DNA of 64,000 nucleotides from Bdellovibrio sp. (GTDB lineage: Bacteria; Bdellovibrionota; Bdellovibrionia; Bdellovibrionales; Bdellovibrionaceae). Below are positions 57,517-64,000 of the stretch, piece after piece. Numbering within the stretch: position 1 is the first letter of the stretch; each line of letters begins with the position of its first letter. The position numbers and the translations under genes are program-made. The notes below the pieces were generated by a model that was not told the DNA's origin, did no database searches, and worked only from the letters and a program-made list of their open reading frames with translations. The stretch lies in contig JAKFBS010000004.1 in NCBI GenBank assembly GCA_036677065.1, positions 480,001-544,000 on the forward strand, read 5' to 3'.

Positions 57517-59160
57517 TTAAAGGGCGCCCGAATTGATTTCAAGGTACGCCGGTTTTGACCAGTCAGAAACTTGTTCTTTATCTTCGCCAGATTCAGCGCG
57601 AACACGCCAGAAATATTGACCGGCAGGGATGTTCTCTTGAACCAGAACTTTATTCTTGTTGGTTGAATAAGATTTAAATAATTTAGAGAAATTTTCGTCT
57701 TTGGCAATCTCAACGCGAAAGGTGTCTGATTTTTTATTTTCAGGTGCCATCCATTTTAACCAGATGTATTTGCCTAAACCTTTTTGAAAGAAAAACTGTA
57801 AGCTTGAAGCTGTTTTTTCAATCACCGGTGTTTTCATATCAAATAGTCGGTTATAGATAACTTCGCCTAACTTACTTGTTGAACTGATTTTGCGCTCAGC
57901 TTTGCTGTAAGCAGATACACGGTATTTGTATTCGCCTTGTCCTGGAATTTTAATTGCAGAAGCAGGTTCACGAGTCGTGTAAGAAGTCGCATTTGAGAAA
58001 TCGCCATCTTTAGTGTCGACTTCAACAACGTATTTATCTGCATTAGGTACATCAGTCCATTTAACATTAAACTTTTTAGCTGGGCCTACATCTTTTGAAC
58101 TTTTTGCGATGTAATCGTAAACGATTTTGTCGCCTTTAATTTTAATAGAAGGGTAGACTAATTCAATTTGGCCGGTCTGCGAATATTCGCTGGTCAAATT
58201 GTTATTACCCACTGATTTTAAGCGGTAATAAACTTGATCGCCTGTAAGATTTTCGATTTTAGAAATTGAAGCGGGCGTGCGTGACACCACAGGATTTGTA
58301 AATTCTGGGTTGTCTGCAGTTTCTAAGATATATTCTTTAGCGTTTTCAGCTTTCATCCACGAAGCTGCCGGAATTTTATCTTTATCAACGATAATACGCG
58401 CTTTTTGTCTAAGTAATTGCGGTGGAAGAAGTGGCTTAGTTTCAGCTTCGATCTTTTTTTGTACTTCTTCGGGTTTCATTTCGTTAATTTTTGCAACTTC
58501 TACAGCCGGAAGCGATTCTAATTTAACGATCGCTTCATTAATAATAGGTTTATCGATTAATTTAACAATCGGAGGAGGGGCTACGATAAGTTCTTTATTT
58601 TTAGTAACAACTTTATCGTTAACTTTAACTTCACCTTTTTTAGTTTTAACCTGGATTTTACCGCATTCAGAAGATTTACCGATCTCTAGATCAGTGTCAC
58701 CTTTTGCTGATTGGATATCTAATGATTTACCGCAATCATCTAAAACTAACTTAGCGGGTAAGTTTTGTGATTTAATAGAACCGTATTGTAAATTAAGTTT
58801 AACTTTATCACCTTCGGTTTTGAACTTGATTAACGAGTTGGCGCCAATAGTGATTGAAGTGCCGTCTTCGAAGTTAACAACAATAGATGAATCAGGGCCT
58901 ACGAATAAACTATCACCCTGAACAATAGAATCATCACTGCGGGCGTTTTCCCAGAAAATATTTTTAGTACCACGCAAACGAACGTCAGATTCAACAGTAG
59001 AAACTACACCGATCTCGTCGCCCGAAGCAGATCTGCCGCCGATATTAAAGAATGAAAAATCAGTGTGAAGGGCGTAAAAGCCGATCAACAGTCCGATCAC
59101 GCAGACATATATCGTTATTGAGTCTTCTTTAAAGAATTTTTCAAACTTCTGAAATTTCAT
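57517..59160 (-). CDS. Membrane-anchored FecR-like protein with fibronectin-III-like repeats
   Basis: N-terminal TM; GDSLFVGPDSSIVVNFEDGTSITIGANSLI; W...Y..E...F...Y.RV repeats x3. Confidence 0.85.
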   Translation of the reverse strand: MKFQKFEKFFKEDSITIYVCVIGLLIGFYALHTDFSFFNIGGRSASGDEIGVVSTVESDVRLRGTKNIFWENARSDDSIVQGDSLFVGPDSSIVVNFEDGTSITIGANSLIKFKTEGDKVKLNLQYGSIKSQNLPAKLVLDDCGKSLDIQSAKGDTDLEIGKSSECGKIQVKTKKGEVKVNDKVVTKNKELIVAPPPIVKLIDKPIINEAIVKLESLPAVEVAKINEMKPEEVQKKIEAETKPLLPPQLLRQKARIIVDKDKIPAASWMKAENAKEYILETADNPEFTNPVVSRTPASISKIENLTGDQVYYRLKSVGNNNLTSEYSQTGQIELVYPSIKIKGDKIVYDYIAKSSKDVGPAKKFNVKWTDVPNADKYVVEVDTKDGDFSNATSYTTREPASAIKIPGQGEYKYRVSAYSKAERKISSTSKLGEVIYNRLFDMKTPVIEKTASSLQFFFQKGLGKYIWLKWMAPENKKSDTFRVEIAKDENFSKLFKSYSTNKNKVLVQENIPAGQYFWRVRAESGEDKEQVSDWSKPAYLEINSGAL

Positions 59161-59167
59161 GTGTATA

Positions 59168-59195
59168 TTATCGACACGAATGCTTCATTTCATAA
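59168..59195 (-). promoter_or_regulatory. sigma28-like promoter of the FecR-FN3 gene
   Basis: Minus strand TTATG-N15-GTCGATAA, 7 nt before ATG 59160. Confidence 0.5.
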
Positions 59196-59322
59196 TAGCC
59201 TTTAGGCCAGTATTGATTATATTTTCTCTTGTTTATATATAGATGGGTGAAGTCCAGACCTGAGCATTGGTCCAATTTTAGACACTTTGGCCCCCCAAAG
59301 GTGTAAACTTTTAATAATATTT

Positions 59323-59350
59323 TAAAGTCCAATATATGAGGCTCCGAGAA
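59323..59350 (+). promoter_or_regulatory. sigma28-like promoter of the diguanylate cyclase
   Basis: TAAAG-N15-TCCGAGAA, 7 nt before GTG 59358. Confidence 0.6.
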
Positions 59351-59357
59351 GGTTAAC

Positions 59358-60737
59358 GTGGAAGATAATGTTTTTTCTTTTTTTTCAGAGTATTACGATT
59401 CTATACAGGATCCTGTCTGTATTTTTGATCGCGATGGTTTCGTTGCTTACTGTAACGAGAGCTTTTCTGCCTTAACAGGCACTTCGCAGATTCGTTTTTT
59501 AAATAAAAAAACGACTGTATTTAATTCTATTGTATCAGTTGATGATAAGGCTTTTGATCTTGCGCGCGTCGAAGAATTTTGCAGTTTCAGCGGGGTTAGT
59601 ATCTTAAAGTTTGAAACTAAAAAAGTACTTAGAGGGCTTGGGCAGTTTGCGATCCGTAAATTGGCTTTACCGCCGCATGAAAACTTATTTCAGTTAACAT
59701 TAAAAGACTTATCGATTGAAGAAGATCTGGTTAAAACTTTTCGTTTTGAATTAGCTTCGCGTAATAAAAAAATCGACGAGATGAATCAATTAGTAGAGAT
59801 CTTTCAAAAGATTCGTCTATTAGATGAACCTGGGCTAATTGTGAATGAATTCATGAATTACCAATTAACATTTTCTCAGTTTTGTGCAGCGGCAAGCCGT
59901 GTAAATAAAACGATGACGATGATTTACGGTGGCCAAGAAAATATGAATCCTGAATTCTTAGAAGTTCAAAAAGAAATCGATGCGCATTTAGCAACTAATG
60001 TGGTTTCTAAGTACCAGACGCAAAAATCAGCAGTTAAAAATACGTCTAATGACAGTCATTATTACTGGTCATTGGTTCCGTTTAAGTTAGCAACTGATGT
60101 TATGCATGCGATCTTTATTTTTGATTCAGCTGAACAAATGAATAAGTTTTCGCATCAATCAGCTATTATCCTGAGTGAGCAGCTGAATTTAATTTTAAAT
60201 AACTTAACGTTAAAAGAACTTTCATACACAGATGGCTTAACTAAGCTTAAAAACAATCTTTACTTTAGAAAAAAGATCGAAGAAGTTTGTTCGAGCAACC
60301 AAAATGCCCAGCTTGTTTTATTTGATGTGGATTTCTTCAAAAAAATTAATGACGGTTACGGCCATCCAGGTGGCGATGCCGTATTGATTTTCTTAGGTGA
60401 AATTATTCCGCAAGTGATGCAAAAAGTGAATCCAGACTTTTTAGTATCAACTATCGCCCGCGTGGGTGGTGAAGAATTTGCGATTGTTATTCCTGAAAAA
60501 GATCAGGAATTTGCCAATATGTTCGCAGAATCACTGCGCACAGCTATCGAAGCATCGACGGTGATGTTTAACGATATCGCGATTAAGTTTACGATTAGTC
60601 TGGGTGTCTCGTCTTGGACGCCGAAGAATTCGTTTTCGCCTGAGGCGGTTAAGTTATTGTATAAAGCGGCAGATGATGCTCTTTACAATTCTAAACGTAC
60701 AGGACGTAACAAGGTTTCGTTACTTAACGTAGCTTAA
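59358..60737 (+). CDS. PAS-containing diguanylate cyclase (GGEEF)
   Basis: TDGLTKLKN, DVDFFKKINDGYGHPGGD, ARVGGEEF, TISLG, ADDALY. Confidence 0.93.
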   Translation: MEDNVFSFFSEYYDSIQDPVCIFDRDGFVAYCNESFSALTGTSQIRFLNKKTTVFNSIVSVDDKAFDLARVEEFCSFSGVSILKFETKKVLRGLGQFAIRKLALPPHENLFQLTLKDLSIEEDLVKTFRFELASRNKKIDEMNQLVEIFQKIRLLDEPGLIVNEFMNYQLTFSQFCAAASRVNKTMTMIYGGQENMNPEFLEVQKEIDAHLATNVVSKYQTQKSAVKNTSNDSHYYWSLVPFKLATDVMHAIFIFDSAEQMNKFSHQSAIILSEQLNLILNNLTLKELSYTDGLTKLKNNLYFRKKIEEVCSSNQNAQLVLFDVDFFKKINDGYGHPGGDAVLIFLGEIIPQVMQKVNPDFLVSTIARVGGEEFAIVIPEKDQEFANMFAESLRTAIEASTVMFNDIAIKFTISLGVSSWTPKNSFSPEAVKLLYKAADDALYNSKRTGRNKVSLLNVA

Positions 60738-60861
60738 TACAATCTGCATTAGTGTCACAATCAATGTAACATAATTTCTTTTGTCTCAGATTTGCATGTG
60801 TGCTCGCTCTTTAGCTAGTCTATGTTGATAAACGTGCGGGCATCTCGTACCTTAGAAGGTA

Positions 60862-62652
60862 ATGAATTCATCAATTAAACGAAAAATCATGTTTCTACTG
60901 AGTATCACCAGTTTGCTTTCTTCCAGCGTTTTTTTGATCTATTCAATCAACGTCTTTGAAAAAGATAAAATTGCTTACATCTACGATAGCAATAGTGTGT
61001 ATTTAGAAACGATTACGAACCAGTTTAAGAATGAATTAAAACTATCTGCAGAAATTTCAAAAAAATACCTATCTGAATACCAAAGAAATAAAGCTTTTCG
61101 TTCTGGCGATAGTATCTTCTTAGATGACGATTCTTTCGTTAAAGGATTGTTCTTGGTTGATATCACTTCACAGGCCCAGCCAAAGCTTGTTGATAAAATC
61201 ACAACGAAAGCCAATTTTACTTTTAAGCTTACAGAAGATGTGGGTTTCATTAAATCAATTTCAAGAACACTAGCTGATTCAAAATCAATGTTCTTGGGTG
61301 GTGAAGAAGTTTTTGTCAGTGATATCGTTTATGATGGTGATGAAAAGATTGCGTTAGTGACGGTATTTAAATCTGATGCCCTACAAAGTTTTTTTGAATC
61401 TGATAAAGCTTATAGTTCATTCATGATCAACATGAATGGTGAAGTGTTTCGCCAAACGCAAAACTTAAACGCAGGTTATTTAAAAGAGCAATTTCCTGAT
61501 TTATTCAAAAAACTGGATTCAATCAAAATGGGAACCAGCGAAATCACATCACAAGATTCTGATGAGTGGTTGTTATCATCTTCAGGTCTTGGTTTAAATG
61601 ATTTGTATCTATTAACGCTGACGAATAAAAAAGAAGCCTTCGGGGTTTTGACGTATTTAATTAATAAATCGTTAATCGTGTTTTTAATGGTTTTATCCGG
61701 TGTGGTCTTAGTAAGCCAGTTTGCATCAACTTATATTACCAAACGTATTTTAGTTCTTTACGATGCTGCGAAACAAATCATCAGTGGTAATTTTAAAGTA
61801 AATATTGAAGTTAAAGGTAATGACGAGATTTCGTTATTGTCGCAGACGTTCAATCATATGGCGGTCGAGATCGTTAAACTTTTAGAAGATACAGCGCAAA
61901 GTGCGCGTCTTGAAGCCGAGCTTAAAACGGCTCAAGCGGTACAACAAACGCTGTTTCCTCCGTCGCATTCAAAATTTGAATGTGGTGAAATCCATGGTTC
62001 ATACCAATCAGCTTCTGAGTGCGGTGGCGACTGGTGGCACTATTTTGAAAGCGAAACTAAAATTTGGGTATGGATGGCTGATGCCACAGGGCATGGAGCA
62101 CCAGCCGCTTTAATCACGAGTGCGATTAAGTCTGCAGTGGCGATGACCGAGAATTTAAAAATGGAACCGGCTATAGCGATTGAGCTGGTTAATAAATCAA
62201 TTTGCCAAGTTTCAAAAAACAAAATGATGATGACTTGCTTTTTAGGTGTGATCGATAAGGCGTCTAAAGTTATTCATTACGTCAATGCCTCTCATGAAGC
62301 GCCATTTATCTTAAGCAAGCGCACCGATTTAAAGAAAAAAGATTTACGCTTTTTGGATAATTCTAAATGTAATCGTTTAGGGCAATCTGCGACTTCAGAA
62401 TACACGGTCGCGAGTGAACAATTAGAGGCCGGCGATCGTATTTTTGTTTATACGGATGGTATTCCTGATATCCGAAATAAAGCTGAAGAGTCATTGCAAG
62501 AGCGCGGTATGTTTAGAGTGGTTTTAGAAAATCATAACAAAGGCGTCGGCGTGACTGAGTTCATTACTGGCATTCAGGCTCAATTTGATACTTACCGTGA
62601 AAATACAGAGCTTATCGATGACGTTACTTTCTTTGCTGTGGATTTAACATGA
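60862..62652 (+). CDS. Membrane sensor HAMP-SpoIIE (PP2C) phosphatase
   Basis: 2 TM with periplasmic domain; HAMP (NDEISLL..TFNHM); CGGDWW, ADATGHG, YTDG, DDVT. Confidence 0.93.
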   Translation: MNSSIKRKIMFLLSITSLLSSSVFLIYSINVFEKDKIAYIYDSNSVYLETITNQFKNELKLSAEISKKYLSEYQRNKAFRSGDSIFLDDDSFVKGLFLVDITSQAQPKLVDKITTKANFTFKLTEDVGFIKSISRTLADSKSMFLGGEEVFVSDIVYDGDEKIALVTVFKSDALQSFFESDKAYSSFMINMNGEVFRQTQNLNAGYLKEQFPDLFKKLDSIKMGTSEITSQDSDEWLLSSSGLGLNDLYLLTLTNKKEAFGVLTYLINKSLIVFLMVLSGVVLVSQFASTYITKRILVLYDAAKQIISGNFKVNIEVKGNDEISLLSQTFNHMAVEIVKLLEDTAQSARLEAELKTAQAVQQTLFPPSHSKFECGEIHGSYQSASECGGDWWHYFESETKIWVWMADATGHGAPAALITSAIKSAVAMTENLKMEPAIAIELVNKSICQVSKNKMMMTCFLGVIDKASKVIHYVNASHEAPFILSKRTDLKKKDLRFLDNSKCNRLGQSATSEYTVASEQLEAGDRIFVYTDGIPDIRNKAEESLQERGMFRVVLENHNKGVGVTEFITGIQAQFDTYRENTELIDDVTFFAVDLT

Positions 62653-63410
62653 GTAATATATTTCACTTAGGCAAAGTCGAAGCAGACAAACAAGTCACTG
62701 ATGTATTCGGTGATAGCGAACTTTCTTGCAATTATAAAGTGACTGACAATATGTCTGCATTAGATTGTTTAAGCTTAATACGTGACCGTAAGGTAACTCA
62801 TATTGTACAAAATTCAATACAGGGCTTAACAGATAAATTACAATTTTTAAAAGCTGTAGATTATAAACGCGAAGACTATTTTGACCCGAATTTAAGTTTA
62901 TTAAATACGGATGTAGTGTGTGTGCCGTTTACTTTAACTGAAGACCGTTCAGATGTGATTCAAAAAGCTTTTTCTTTAGCGTATTTAGATTTAGACATGA
63001 CCAAGTACCAATATTTATTTCAGGTGGCTACAGAGCTGGTGATGAATGCCCAGATCGATGCCCCAAAGATTTCTCAAAAAACAAGTGTTCCGAATTCGAT
63101 GTTAATTGTTGAAAAGAATATGGCTAAAGGGCTTGTCTCAATTTCTACAATTGATCATTATGGCAGTCTTGATCCATACAAAATGTTAGAAAATATCTAT
63201 GCCGCCCATATGCATGGATTTCGTGACTCGATGTCAAAAAATTCAATCGGTGCAGGCTTGGGCTCAGCGTTGATCTATGAACACGTCGATTCATTAATTA
63301 TGGGGGTTGTACCTGATGTGATGACTCGCGTTTCGGCGGTGTTGCCTTACGGTATTTCTGAGAAAAAAATTAACCAAATTCAAAAATCTATACATATCAT
63401 TAAGGGATAA
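62649..63410 (+). CDS. Anti-sigma-factor-type (HATPase) Ser kinase-like protein
   Basis: ELVMNA (N box), IDHYGSL (G1-like), GAGLG (G2). Confidence 0.75.
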   Translation: MSNIFHLGKVEADKQVTDVFGDSELSCNYKVTDNMSALDCLSLIRDRKVTHIVQNSIQGLTDKLQFLKAVDYKREDYFDPNLSLLNTDVVCVPFTLTEDRSDVIQKAFSLAYLDLDMTKYQYLFQVATELVMNAQIDAPKISQKTSVPNSMLIVEKNMAKGLVSISTIDHYGSLDPYKMLENIYAAHMHGFRDSMSKNSIGAGLGSALIYEHVDSLIMGVVPDVMTRVSAVLPYGISEKKINQIQKSIHIIKG

Positions 63411-63414
63411 AAAT

Positions 63415-63885
63415 ATGTCAAAACTACAATTCTCGACAGCACAAGAAAACGGAAAAACAGTTCTAACATTAATCGGGCAAATTGATGAAAGTTTTCCGCC
63501 AGAACTTCATAATTTAAAACCTGCTGGTGACATGGTTATTAACATGGATCAGGTTAAGATGATCAATTCTTTAGGAATTCGTGAATGGATCAAATTTATG
63601 AGTTCGGTAGCAGCAACAAAAATTGAATTTGTAAAATGCCCTAAAATTTTTATTGATCAGGTGAATATGGTTCAGGGTTTTATTACTCCGAACTGCAAAA
63701 TCACATCTTTTTATGTGCCCTATTTTAATGAAGACAGTAACGTTGAAAAAAACGTGCTGTATTCGTTCGGTAAAGAATTCGGCGATGGCTTTTTAAATGT
63801 AGCTGGCAGCACGAAAGGTGATGACGGCAGTGAATTAGACTTAGACGTTGTTGAGCAAAAATATTTCAAATTTTTAAAGAATTGA
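63415..63885 (+). CDS. STAS / anti-anti-sigma-like protein
   Basis: LIGQIDE...INMDQVKMINSLGIREW (candidate phospho-Ser). Confidence 0.8.
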   Translation: MSKLQFSTAQENGKTVLTLIGQIDESFPPELHNLKPAGDMVINMDQVKMINSLGIREWIKFMSSVAATKIEFVKCPKIFIDQVNMVQGFITPNCKITSFYVPYFNEDSNVEKNVLYSFGKEFGDGFLNVAGSTKGDDGSELDLDVVEQKYFKFLKN

Positions 63886-63890
63886 GAGCA

Positions 63891-64000
63891 ATGAAGTTAG
63901 CAGCAATTTTCTTAACATTATTTATGCCGATGGCAGTTTTGGCTGAAGCACCAAAGCTTCCGTTTGTTTTTCTTAACCAATATTTTGAGTATGATGTGTC
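63891..64000 (+). CDS. Partial exported protein (runs off window end)
   Basis: MKLAAIFLTLFMPMAVLAEAPKLPFVFLNQYFEYDV..., 5 nt after the STAS stop. Confidence 0.65.
   Translation, partial: MKLAAIFLTLFMPMAVLAEAPKLPFVFLNQYFEYDV

Noticed and set aside
58277..58921. 214-aa plus ORF and similar antisense ORFs (e.g. 744-1265, 7577-7990, 24878-25405, 35836-36237)
   Set aside because: Shadow frames of well-supported opposite-strand genes, with no motifs.
1..64000. CRISPR array, tRNA/rRNA, integrase, transposase, reverse transcriptase or prophage
   Set aside because: No repeat-spacer pattern, RNA gene signature or matching protein motif seen. Intergenic gaps are short. Judged by eye only.

Overview
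An AT-rich, densely coding bacterial chromosomal segment of about 65 CDS. Gene content suggests a predatory Bdellovibrionota (inference: many secreted trypsins, L,D-transpeptidases, a lipoprotein peptidoglycan deacetylase, a fibre-protein tail remnant, FliA-like promoters). I saw no rRNA, tRNA, CRISPR array, integrase or transposase. Housekeeping genes (rarA, rlmE, truC-like, RluA, ABC-F, bcp, transporters) alternate with exported proteins. Best leads: (1) a FecR-FN3 / diguanylate cyclase / PP2C / anti-sigma-type kinase / STAS partner-switching locus analogous to SiaABCD (57.5-63.9 kb); (2) a four-gene exported deacetylase + GH113-like + lectin-fold operon with no synthase (21.5-27 kb); (3) a NADAR-like protein with a lipoprotein signal; (4) a translationally coupled HExxH peptidase / S4 / ABC-F trio; (5) a deletion scar joining remnants of two divergent genes near 29.6 kb; (6) sigma28-like promoters exactly 7 nt before start codons (leaderless); (7) a chaperone-usher locus with a mini-pilin and an inverted major subunit; (8) an RluA-RlmI/K fusion. 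All family calls come from reading motifs by eye, not from database searches.
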